A DNA stretch of 52,149 nucleotides, the filler included, from Dimargaris cristalligena (Eukaryota): the NCBI GenBank assembly GCA_003614675.1. It is 3 parts of 3 records of this genome, joined end to end, with 100 filler letters (N's around TTAATTAATTAA, not from the genome) between each part and the next. Parts side by side here need not be neighbours in the genome. Positions count along the whole stretch, not along the records: positions 17,453 to 34,792 come from ML002809.1; 2 more parts are not named here. One strand, 5' to 3'. The notes beneath the pieces are model-generated. The model saw nothing but the letters and a program-made list of their open reading frames with translations. It did not search any database and was not told where the DNA came from. Numbering within the stretch: position 1 is the stretch's first letter; each line of letters opens with the position of its first letter. Both the position numbers and the translations under genes were made by a program. This document shows, piece after piece, positions 23,609 to 34,892 of the stretch.

Positions 23609-25554
23609 GGACGGCACTCGCCAACGGAAAGTGGCTAAAGCGGGGGACCACTTGGCGGGGACTGGGAGAAGAAAAAGTGGATACACAGGTATGTGTATAT
23701 ATGCGTGGGTTCAGCAAAAGCAGGGTAAGTGGAGGAGCCAATGTAGGAGGAGAGCCCCGAACGACAGGGAATGGCAGGCGGAGGGTCTTTTAAAAAAAAT
23801 TAAGGAAGGAATCAATCTCAGGTAGAGTTTGGAAAGGGGAAGAAGGTGCACATGACTAAGCCTGACAACGTGGAATAACGTAGCCAAGGACGAAGCCAAC
23901 TGGAGCAGAAGGGCCTGGAAAATGTTCGGACACTAATAAAAAGAGACACGTAACCTACTTGTGACACCCGAGGGGAAATGTACGAGGGCCGTGCCCAAGG
24001 TTGGCCAAAGCCGAGCGCCACAGACAAAAGAGGGGTGACGACGAAGAGGGGCGGGTGTGGCCGAGAAAACGAGGCTAGGCGGGCAAAGGTTCGTCAATAT
24101 CAAATGCGAATGGCCATAGGTTTATATAAGGAATTAAGAAGATAGGTTTAAAAACGCCAAGGAAAGAAGGAAAGAGTATGGAAAGTGGGATGGGTTCAGA
24201 AGGGCGCCAATATCAAGATGAGTATAGCATACAGAGGAAAAAACGGAATGTGGGTGGGTGTATGCTAGGGTAAGGTCTCAGCCCAATAATAGTAGCTGTT
24301 TGTCCCGAGGCCTTTTCTTCTCCTTCCTACTATTATGCACTTAGTAAATAGTATGCGCGAATAATGAATGGCAGCGGAAAGGCGCGCTACTACTATAAGA
24401 GCGAAGTGGATCCTTCTGGCCAAGCCGTTTTTTGCCAAAGCCCTTTTATACACACACACAACATAGATGGTCGGCTTAATAGGAGGATTTTTCATTACGC
24501 CGTGTTTATTTTATTTATTTGACAGTGGTGGCGGGAATCTGGCTCACATCTAATATATACAATCGAGCTTCAGTCGCTTTCCATCGGAAATATAAATAGG
24601 TTGCTGGTACATACATCTAACCCCTTATGGTGCACAGGCTGCATATGACGGTTGACTATGAGTGAGGTAATTGTGCCATTTTCAAGTACGCTCTAGTAAA
24701 CAAGGGTTGCTAGCGGGACAGGCGAGGGAAAATCGGACCAGTAGGCGCCCCTTTCTTTGGCCTCCGGATCGGCAGTATGTCTACGACGACAAAAACCACA
24801 ACAACCATACAGGATCCTTTAGCGTTACTCGAATATATCGAGGTAATTCCTCCATTGAAAGAGTGGCGGCGGTCTCTGCAAGGCCACCCACCCACTCACT
24901 ATTAGCCAAGCTCGAAACGCACCAGCTGATGTCCAGACCGGGCGTCTGTTAGGACAGGCGGTGGAATATGGTATTGTATATCTAATATGGCTCCTTTTTG
25001 GCATGCGGAGTAGTAAAGGTCAGCAGCAGCCATCCTGACTAACCGTACGACTTCGCCCCTCCGAAACGCCTAATGGATTTTGGGTGGAAGAGGGGGAGGA
25101 GTATATTCAATAGGGCCGACTGAATGGACTAATTAAAGAATACAATCCCATCTCCCAAAGTACAGATTAGTATGGGAAATAAATCCTACTGGGAAGGTCC
25201 TCTCTCCCAGTGTGAAATATTGTCAGTTAAGCAATCGTCCCTCCCCTCTTCATTCCCACTTGACCCTTTCGATATGGGAGTAATTCAACAAGGCTGTATA
25301 ACAAAAAATCCATTTGATAAGGCAAATACTACTGGTTGAAAATAAACATACCACCGATTTCCCCATACGCATAACAGTTAAAACCCTATACAACCGAGCT
25401 GAACTTCACCCATATCTATTATATTCCACTTTTCTATTATATGTATTATTCCCCACAAGACAAGATACCCCCATATTGCCCAAGCCATTTCCAACCCCCT
25501 TTCCCTTTAGTAGCCGCTTCTTGATTCCATTGTTTCAACCTCAACCAGCCCATC

Positions 25555-25983
25555 ATGGCCACTCCCACAACCCCTCTACGCCCTCGTGCCCCGAGTCCGC
25601 TGTTACCCCCGACTACCCCCGTTCCCGCCGTTAAATTTGCCAATTTGCCCTCTGCCGGCACCGTGCCCCCTAAACGTTTTGCCGCGAGTGCTCACCACCC
25701 GCCGGTCATCTCCACCGCGTTGGTGGCCGGCCCCGAGCAGCGGTTATACGCCCTGGGGGCCGTCGGCCTGGTCCAAGCCTATAAGCTATGCGTGGCCTTC
25801 AGCGAATTCCTTTCATTGGGAACCTCCCATTTCCGACCCCTTTTCTACCTCTGGGTCTTTACTGACCTGGCCCTGATTGCCACCGTATGGCGCTTGCGCA
25901 TCCCCTGGCTCCAATTTCCGGACCACTGGTACTTAGCTTTGGCAGGCGTTCTAGTGTACCTAGACGCCCGGTGGTTCCTTTAA
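25555..25983 (+). pseudogene. POM152: POM152-like nucleoporin, N-terminal fragment only (142 aa)
   Basis: PPVIS...PEQRLYALGAVGLVQAYKL...LWVFTD...RLRIPWLQF resembles the Pom152 membrane-proximal region. Stops at 25983, and no luminal Ig-repeat exons are visible before SEN34. Confidence 0.6.
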
Positions 25984-26139
25984 ATCGTCCACTACCTTCT
26001 CAATAAGGCCAGCGTGGTGTATTGCAATATAGTCCCAATGCTGCTATATTTTAACCAACCCGACTCGCCTTTTGAATGGGCTAATTTCATGGTTGAAGTA
26101 CCACCACCACCACCTTAGAATAGGAGGAGTGTCGCTTTT

Positions 26140-28950
26140 TTGTTAATATTTGAATAACTTGACCCCTTTAATATATGCACATATTACGTATACGGCCTTA
26201 TTACATGGTTGTAATTGTATAGATATATGCCCTAGCAATTTGTTACAACCACTCAGAAGTTCCTTGCTATGCTTGTAAAAATCATTCAAAATTATATCCA
26301 GACCAAGTCTTGCATAGGGTGTGGGGCTATATTTCGGTAATCCATCGGATTGGATGCACATTACTTATACATTAATAAACTACCACGGCTTCCATCCATT
26401 GCCAGATATAGATCAGTAGTAATTTAGGATATTTGTTTGCCTTTTTTATTTTTCAAGTTTTAGGTCGATACTCAATAAATAGACATGTTTCTTAATAGTT
26501 AAGTGGGACAGGCGGTATAGGTTTCTTTCAAGGACTGGTTTGATACACGGGATATTCACAGTTACCAGGTCCTATTATATCAAAACCAATCAAAATATTT
26601 GCCTACCAAAAATGCCACACTGACCAGTATATGTCATTAAATCTGGTGTTTTTGATGTAAGTATAGCCATTTCAGCCAAAATTTTAAGGAATTTCCTTTG
26701 CAATAGACAAATGCATTCTTCCACTACCACCAAGAGTATCCATATCGCCCCAGAGGCATTGTCATACATAAAAAAATCTAACCCAATTGCCTTATCATTG
26801 CTCATTATCCTATGCTCAGTCTGAAACATCTATATGTCCATTTATTTATCAATAATCCATCAAACAAAACGGCTAATGTAAATAGGAGGTATTCTCACAT
26901 CGAAAACAATTATATATGCAATTTTATTATATAAAGACATATTTAATATTTACATTTAACCTGCTCACTGGAAGGCACCACCTTGTTTTGGTTCAATTGG
27001 TGGCCGGTGCTATTGGTCTACCCCCATCCGCAGTACCACAGAAGGCGAACTGTACACTATTGTGTAGGTGACCATGTTGGAAGAAAATGCCCCAAAAGCA
27101 ACCATTGGATGGGGGGAAGAGATAATGGGGAGGAATACAAGGGAAAGAGTGGGTGAGAAAGTGGTGAGGGATGGTTTTGGTGTTGTAATATCTGAATGGT
27201 TAACCATATTTGTTGGTTTTTTGAACAGGGCTTCAGTACATTATTTATACAGAACTTAACCAATGGTATTATTAAGCAAGTGCTGGATAGGGCGACACTA
27301 CTACTCCCATCGAAGTAAACTACAGTTCTAGTTCTATTACATTAATTTTTTGGGGAAACAATGACTTAATTGTTAATGGATATTAGGAATGGGACCAGGA
27401 GCCATGGTCATAGTCATTCCCATGCATTCCATTTGTTGGCAATTCAGATTATGACATGGAAGTCATCAATAAGCCATTTGGTATTCAAACTGGACACTGG
27501 GGTATACTTAGGTACAATGTATCGAAACTATAGCCTAATCCCCTACTTATGGCACCCAATCCCAAGACTTGGCCATAGTCAAGGGTTCTTGGCAGGAAGT
27601 ATTTTTAATAGAAAACTTGCTATTTATGGTGACTATACAGAAAAGTGCCCAACAATGCTAGGTCTATTTTTACACAGAAAATAATCAGCTTGCTGAAGAA
27701 CACTAGACCCTGAGGTGGAACCCACTGCATAGCACATTTGGGGAGGTGGTTCCCTGTTAGTCATCACAATGTACTACCTATGGATCCAGTATTGACATGG
27801 CCACACCCCTAATGGGGATGGTGAAGCCTTCTGACCTTCAGTGATGGATTATAGCTGTAGATGGTTTGGGAACTGCTGATAATCACCTCAGTGTAATTGT
27901 AGCAGACTATGCAAATTAAGTTAGTATTCATTTATTTTAGGATTTTGGCCCCTGTAGTAGTTGGGGTAGGGTTTTGGTAAGATGGAATGGTGTATGGCCC
28001 AGTGACTGTATCCCACTTTCATAAATCAGATTATAGGTGTCACCTAGGTTAACCACTCTTAGTCCATCAAGAGTCCTGAGGATAGGCTTCTAATGGTAGG
28101 TGGGGCTTAGACTCAGCCAAGTGGGCTACTAGCATCAGGTATAGGGCACCATACTAACCAATAAAGGCTTAGGCAATCAGTTATGCAAGGAATATGCAGC
28201 AGGCACACTTACTGGTCAGTATAAGGGGGTGAGCATATATAGAGTTTATTGAGGTAAACAGGGGGATAAGAATAAGCTAAGGAATCTAACTGGTCTCAGT
28301 GGGGGCCAGTTATATATATAAGGGGGATTACTCCAGAGGGAGGTCCCTAAAGGAAGATACTACTAAGACTACTGATGGGATAAATGGCTAACTGGTCAGG
28401 TGCAAGGATATGGAAGACTCTACTGGGAACTGGAAGAGTTATTAGATTGGCCCAGGAGTGATTACTGGGAACCCCAGAGTCTGGAAAGGGAATGATTATA
28501 TCATATAGGATGCTCCCATAGTACTGGGGTGACTAGGGGAAGGTTAATATGGTGCTATAAGGCCTAATAAGGTTAGTTGATTATTATGTCTGGATTAAGC
28601 TGGATTAGAAGGGCTGACAATAGGCTAGTATCCTGGATTAGGATTTGCACTATATTATAGCTGTCTTCTTCCTTCATAACAGTGCTATCACTACTGGGTT
28701 ATAGTTATAGTTTGGTGGCCATCTTTAATTGTACAAAATTATTAACCCCTTGCTGTACCACTGATTCTCCAACTTTTTGGGCTTTAGGATGCTTGTGAGT
28801 ATGCTGTTTAAGTGGCAGTTGGACATTTATGAAATTATAAGGTCGGTTTACAAGAAAACAATCTCACAATGTAATTGGGATTAAAGCTAGTATGGAACAA
28901 TTGTGCCTAAATTCCTGGATGACTCTTTTATAGCTGGGAAGAATACATGT
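26140..28950 (-). mobile_element. Degraded, internally deleted Ty3/Gypsy LTR-retrotransposon relic (PR-RT-INT order)
   Basis: Minus strand: GHVNTGS (~27802-27782; decayed protease DTGS), IVPK...KWLIDDF...GPIPNIH*QL (~27520-27365; start of RT), IGLDF...WILLVVVE (~26790-26720) and HP/QSDGL (~26357-26338; integrase). Near absence of CpG. Boundaries approximate; LTRs not identified. Confidence 0.6.
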
Positions 28951-29149
28951 CCCATCAATCAGCTTTTTCGTTACACAGCCAGATGGCTCCTTTCCCAAAT
29001 ACACGCAGGAAAGCCAATGGGTGTGATGGTTGATTTTTTTGGGAATTAAGGCCCGACTTATTCCGCGGGCCTGGTATGTTAGGACCAGGCCGAGCTATTT
29101 CCATTTATACGCCCATTTATGTTTATTAAATATATTTTCTTCCATCTCC

Positions 29150-30124
29150 ATGGCTGAACTTGACGACTACATCGCCTCTCCCCCGACCGTAGCGACGAAA
29201 TGCGACATTGTGCATTGCGGCCAGGTGGGCCTCGTATGGAATGAGAAAGGTACTTTACCAGACTTGCCGGACCAGTTTACCCGCTTTTCATTAGGGCCGG
29301 CCGCATTGGCCGGGCTGGAATCACCGCATTTCTAATCCAGGCCCTCAACTCACATCATTCCCCCCTCCTTGCCCTCATTCCTTTCATTTTCTAGATGTCG
29401 AAACCCTCAAAACGAAATACCGCATGGTTGGGAGCCATATAAGCAACGTTACTGAACAGGCCATGTCCAATAATGGCTGTTCTCTCCCCTGGATTCTGAG
29501 TGCCGAGGAAGTAACCCTTTTACTTCAGATAGGTAAAATCCCCAATATATGCTGGTTCTTTATAATATGCAGCGTTCCCGAAGAGTTACGCACCCGGTCT
29601 TTAATAGTCGGTAATGGGCCACTCAATTTCCATCCTGATTTCTACTCTTGTCGAGATACGCCCCTTCTAAATCAGCAGGTCCCCAATGCACCTGATGCTC
29701 GTGGTTCTTCAAATTATTTACTGTTCACTATTCAATAGATGCCATCCAGCTAGTATCGGGATTCGAGGAGGAGGACGCCTTGATTGAAGGGGATTCCGAA
29801 GATTTCAGTTGGAATTACCCCACAACACCCCTCGAAACTATGCGTTTCCGACTGTTCGAAGACCTCTGGAGGCGGGGCTATTATCTTACCCCTGGCATTA
29901 AATTCGGGGGCGAGTTTCTGGTCTACTTAGGGGATCCGCAAACTCACCATTCGCGTTTCATCACCACCTTGCTAGAGTCGGCCGAGCAAACCATCAACCC
30001 GGTTCAACTAGTGGCCCTTAGCCGTCTGGGAACAGGGGTCACCAAATCCCGCTTACTAAGTGTTTATTCAAGTTTGACCCAGAGCTTTGAGTATATCACT
30101 GTGAATTGGTCCTCGCTCAGTTAA
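29150..30124 (+). CDS. SEN34: tRNA-splicing endonuclease catalytic subunit Sen34, 3 exons
   Basis: Exons 29150-29249, 29395-29532, 29739-30124 in frame; DV..LK.KYRMVG, LPWILSAEEVTLL, DLWRRGYYLTPGIKFGGEFLVYLGDPQTHHS, SRLGTGVTK (Tyr/His/Lys triad positions present). Confidence 0.9.
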
Positions 30125-30199
30125 TCACCATTATGCAAGAAGAAGAAAAAATATATATGGAACTGGGAGGAAGAAATCCTCCCCTGTCTTTATGTACCA

Positions 30200-30955
30200 T
30201 TAAACCCGTGCTTCTGACCATTGTTTTTCGAAATCCCGACGGATATCCAGGGCAGTCTGGTACAGCGAGAGGTCAAGGCCATCGGCACAACGAGCAATCC
30301 GGGCCCGTACGATAGGAGTGCACTTCTGACTCGATTGGCGGAGCATATCGGGCAGGTTCGACTTATCCTGAATCGCCGTAGGCAACGAAATCACCAGTGA
30401 AATGTAATTAAAGATTGGCATGAGTTATCGTGGATAATTTTACCCAAGTCCAATTAGGTTGGCTAATTTTATTTTAGTGGGTGGCGGTGGACTTAATAAG
30501 GACAGTATTGCCCCAAATCTTGTAGTGATAGGTTTAATCCCCTCACAGTGAAAACTACTCACCTCGAGTTCTTCGACATCGCCAATGAGCATCAGTGTGG
30601 AACCTAAATGGTAACCGAAGTTGCCCAACAGCTTGGTATCAATAATCAGCCGACTGACTTGTTCAACTACTGCAATATCGTGGGTCATATCGTAATGATT
30701 TAGCCTGTAAAACAGTGATGGATCGAGTAATCTGATAATCAGTTAGCCTTCTTTACAAGTCGCCAGCTCTATTACATCACTCTAATATCATTTGATCAGA
30801 GTGCGCTTATCTGAACATATCTACCAGTCTTTATTGTACGGAATACTGTTTTATATAGCTTACAGGCCCACTACTCGAATCGTCTTGCCGACCCATTGGG
30901 AAGGATTCTGAGCCACCTCGCTGATGAGCGCGATTTCGCCGTGGGTTAATGACAT
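30200..30955 (-). CDS. TEN1: CST complex subunit Ten1 (OB fold), 3 exons, ~133 aa
   Basis: Exons 30955-30864, 30704-30563, 30367-30200; GKTIRVVGLLNHYDM...LIIDTKLL...GSTLMLIGDVE...IVRARIARCADGLDLSLYQTALDIRR parallels animal/plant TEN1. Confidence 0.8.
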
Positions 30956-31957
30956 GAATAGACAGTTGAGTGAAAAGAAATGGGCGAGAGTATAACTAGC
31001 TGGCGCTTGGAAGGCTTTATGGATAAATATAAAAAGAGACTGGCTAGGAAATGGATCTATTCGGAGATGAGCCCAAGGCAAAAGTTCAATGTGCTATGCA
31101 TACAGGCACTGGTTTTTATGGCGCCTAAGCAAATCTGACTCTGCTTTTACAGTTGGACAGTGCGCGTTTCTCTGATTCCATGAATGAGCGACACCGCCCT
31201 TCAGGTATTGTAAACAAAGACCAGCTGAGTTATAGCGTCCCGGTTTAACACTCTTGTTTTTGATACATTTAACTCATTCTTTGAGCAGACTCATACGGTC
31301 CCTCTTCCGCGCAGCTTGTCTATTTCTAACTTCTTCTTTTATAAGGGAATTGTCCACCCTGTTCATTTACCAACCGATGCATTTTCTATATAAGCCGGTT
31401 TGCCAGGGGTCACAAAGTGTCCAGCCCTGATGCCGTGAACACAACTCCCCTTCCCCTGGGTGGCCTTCATACACTGCTAGGTTGGTTTCAGGAACTGTCA
31501 AATCCCACCCAGGGCAGGTTAGCGTGCGTTGGTTTCAAAAGTGACTAGCTTTTGTCGTATAAACGGAGCGTCTATGCCCGTTTGAGCCCCGACGGAGAGT
31601 ACCGGTTTCAACCTAGCCCGAATGGATTCCCCATCACCCATTTCAGTTGCTTTGCCCATTTCCCTAAACTATCGGTCGTTAATTGTACATATTATTACAC
31701 AGTGCAATTGCCGGACAGCCATGGCTCGTCTTCAAATTTGATTCCCTTTCTTGCATTCGCTCTACACAACTGGCATAGACCGTGTCCCTCCCTCGACCAC
31801 AAGGTTTATCAACACCACTCACCCTGCATGTCGTATTATTTCCTGTCAACTCATCGGCCTTGGTTTCCCCACTCCCTCCTAACCCCGGCCTCACCAACCT
31901 TGCGGGTATTGCCCATTTAAATTACCATATTCCGGTTTCGCCGAAAGCCCCGTGCCA

Positions 31958-33730
31958 ATGGGGGCCATACGCGGTGTATTAGTCGGTTCCTCACTCAGCC
32001 ACGGCCAATTAAGAGCCACCTATTACGTCGGATTAATCGTTTCGTGTATTTCGGTCGCAGGAAGTCTACTCATTATTTGTATTTATTTATTGGGTCGCTG
32101 GGTCTCCCCGCACTCCGTCCAGCGCACTACCCTCCATTTACTGGTGATTAAAAGTGCGGCCGACGCCCTCACCAGTACCCTGTTAATTGTCAATTATCAC
32201 GTGGAGAGTGACGTTGGTTGCAGCGTTTCGTTCACCTTTCTGGTCTGGTTCTTACTCTTCTCCGTCGCTTTACAGACCGTCATTGGTCTGAATGTGTTCT
32301 TTGTGTTCGTTATGCGCAAGACGTTCTCCCGGCGGGTAGGCCAGCTCACCGTCATTGGCCTATTCCTGTTCACTTTGATCATCAGTATTATACCCCTAGC
32401 CGCGCATCGCTACGGCTTGAATGAGTACTACAACTTCTGCTCCTTCGTCCCATCATTTTCGGACGGGTTTTTGCCTTGGGCCTGGGTCGGCTACATTGGT
32501 TGGGCCATTTTAGCCTGGATCATTCTCATCGTTTGCGAAGCCGCCGTAATTTACAAACTAGTCCAAAGTCGCTGGGCCGTGCGCCATAACATCAAAGTCA
32601 GCGAAACCATGAACGATTTACCGGGCGTATCGCATTACAATATGGCCCAGCAACGTCATACGGCCCGCATCATCCGCCACTCCATTATCCGTATTCTCCT
32701 CTACTGCCTGGTCCCTATGCTCACCACCCTTTGCCCCGTTTGGAATTTCTTGGTCGCCTATTATGTCCACCCGCATTCCTTCGCCCTCGTCATGCTACTT
32801 TCACTACTTACTCCCCTCCAGGGGGTCTTGAACGCCGCTATTTTTATTACTGAACCCGCTGTAACGTCGGTCATGCGGGCTACCCGCCATCGACTGATCA
32901 GTCGATGCTTACTGAGTCAAGGCGAGCGGGCGGGTGGGCTCGAGGATCGACTGGGACTCGACGGAACCACCGCTACGAATACGACCACGGGCTCGGTGCC
33001 CAACGATCGAGTTCCATATGACCACCGCCGGGCGGCGGCCCACGCTAATAAGCACCTACTATCCAATTGGTGGTGGCGGGCGTGGTACCGCTTCTGCCTC
33101 ACCCTGCTGTGCTACCACCCCGCTAGCCGAGGCCGGTATCCCCCCTATCCCGGTAGTAATTACACCCGCAGCACCTACCGGAGTGGTCCTATATCGATGG
33201 ATCAGGTATCCTTTATATCGGAAGGGGGAACTAGTCGATCACTCACGGTACCCACTACCCATGCCGATCACACTGATGGCAGGGCCACGGTCGTGTTTGC
33301 CACGCCTTCTCACCCACGTTCCGTTACTAATGGTAATGTCGCTGCCTCCTCGTCCTCCCACCAGCGTGGACCCCGGCCCCATCGTGCCAACCTCATTGAC
33401 CGGGCCCTATTCTACCAACAGCACCACCTTCGTTCCAGTACTTACTTAAGTCCGCCACCGAGTCTACAGAGCCGCCCCTCGGTGACCCAATATATCGCAC
33501 GTCACCACAATCACGCTCGGCAAATCTCGGATATTTCGGTTCGGACCTTCCGACCTAGCATCTTTCCGGAAGAGGGTACTTTTAATTGGGAAAATGAACA
33601 GGCCTGGCCAACTGCTGATGAATTTCGTCGGACTTCGACGCACTCCCTACACCGATCAGCTAGTGATCCGGCTCACTCACGCAATGCTTCGGTGCTTTCG
33701 GTGTATTTACGCAATCTGGAAACTATGTAA
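31958..33730 (+). CDS. 7TM GPCR-like protein (cAMP-receptor-like) with long S/H/R-rich C-tail
   Basis: Seven hydrophobic segments, GC at the TM3 start and C in ECL2 (YNFCSF), RILLYCLVP, LQGVLNAAIFITEP. Start is uncertain. Confidence 0.8.
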   Translation: MGAIRGVLVGSSLSHGQLRATYYVGLIVSCISVAGSLLIICIYLLGRWVSPHSVQRTTLHLLVIKSAADALTSTLLIVNYHVESDVGCSVSFTFLVWFLLFSVALQTVIGLNVFFVFVMRKTFSRRVGQLTVIGLFLFTLIISIIPLAAHRYGLNEYYNFCSFVPSFSDGFLPWAWVGYIGWAILAWIILIVCEAAVIYKLVQSRWAVRHNIKVSETMNDLPGVSHYNMAQQRHTARIIRHSIIRILLYCLVPMLTTLCPVWNFLVAYYVHPHSFALVMLLSLLTPLQGVLNAAIFITEPAVTSVMRATRHRLISRCLLSQGERAGGLEDRLGLDGTTATNTTTGSVPNDRVPYDHRRAAAHANKHLLSNWWWRAWYRFCLTLLCYHPASRGRYPPYPGSNYTRSTYRSGPISMDQVSFISEGGTSRSLTVPTTHADHTDGRATVVFATPSHPRSVTNGNVAASSSSHQRGPRPHRANLIDRALFYQQHHLRSSTYLSPPPSLQSRPSVTQYIARHHNHARQISDISVRTFRPSIFPEEGTFNWENEQAWPTADEFRRTSTHSLHRSASDPAHSRNASVLSVYLRNLETM

Positions 33731-34488
33731 TATTGGTTAACAGTTGGGTGAGGGGGGGGGGGCTCTTGGAGTGGCGGCCCGAATAAGATTTCTGTGCCGT
33801 TGTTGTTTTACTGGTTAATGACAACATCATAATATGAACCTTTTGGTATATCCTGGCATTCTTTTGTACAATACCTTTGCGCCTTTGGATACCATTTCTC
33901 TATACAACATTAATTTAACTGTAAATAAACCGGATATTATTTTTCTCTAACAAACACCCGCGTAGATTGAAGTTCCAATTTCTTTGCAAATCACGTTATT
34001 ATGTACACGCCTGTGTTGTATGTTCTTCCGTCAGACTAGTAGTGAAAAAACAAGTTCTGATGAGAGAGCCTTAGCGACAATTGACCAGTCAACTGGCAGA
34101 GAAATGGACGTACTTCCAATATTCACAAATGGTTTAGCAAGGGGATTAATTAGCATTTATTTATAAGAAATGCAAGTATAAAAAACGACAACAAAATAAC
34201 AGTCGGTTAAACAAATCTAGGCCAACGAGCAGGGAATTTTCCGAAATGACAATTTTATAAGTATATAAATAATCATAAAATCGGATAGGTGAGAGTCTAT
34301 GGGGACCGATGGGGGGATCAACCGAAAATAAGGCAGGTGGTGTACAAACGCAGGGGCGGAGCAGAGGAAAGGTGGTGGTAGGATGGGGTAGGATTAGGTT
34401 GGGTGGGGAGCGGGTGCAGAAGGAGGGGGGAGGATTAGGACGGGAAGTAGCGTATTAGTACGGGTGGTTTTTATTTTTTATTTTATTT

Positions 34489-34792
34489 TTAATCCTCCGG
34501 GTGACTTTCATTCGAAGGCGAGTTGAGGTGACGATTCGCCGGCGTGCGCAGGTAAACGTCCAACCGTAGCAGGTACTCCGAGGCCCCACATGCCACCAGA
34601 CCCGTACGCAGATTATTAATGAGTTTCGCGTCGGGAGGGCAGCGTTCGCGGGGCATCGTTTCAGTCAATACTTGCCAGGCCAAATCCGGCTGGTCCTTGG
34701 CGCAATAGTATTCAATCAACGACGTGAAATTATTCGTATTGAATACGCTGTGCTGCGCCGCCAGAAACGTTAGGACTTGTTCGAGGCTAGGA
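34489..34792 (-). CDS. C-terminal fragment of a pentatricopeptide-repeat protein (5' truncated at contig end)
   Basis: NTNNFTSLIEYYCAKDQPDLAWQVLTETMPRERCPPD fits the PPR consensus. Confidence 0.7.
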
Positions 34793-34892
34793 NNNNNNNN
34801 NNNNNNNNNNNNNNNNNNNNNNNNNNNNNNNNNNNNTTAATTAATTAANNNNNNNNNNNNNNNNNNNNNNNNNNNNNNNNNNNNNNNNNNNN
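34793..34892. other. Artificial contig-joining spacer
   Basis: 44 N + TTAATTAATTAA + 44 N. Confidence 0.95.

Noticed and set aside
7303-30955. Telomere gene cluster (TPP1-like plus TEN1)
   Set aside because: The genes are separated by an artificial contig spacer at 17353-17452, so linkage is unsupported.
34370-34445. G-rich tract as telomeric repeat or functional G-quadruplex
   Set aside because: No regular TTAGGG-like period; it is the complement of a C/T-rich 3' UTR, and poly-G runs are common throughout the window.
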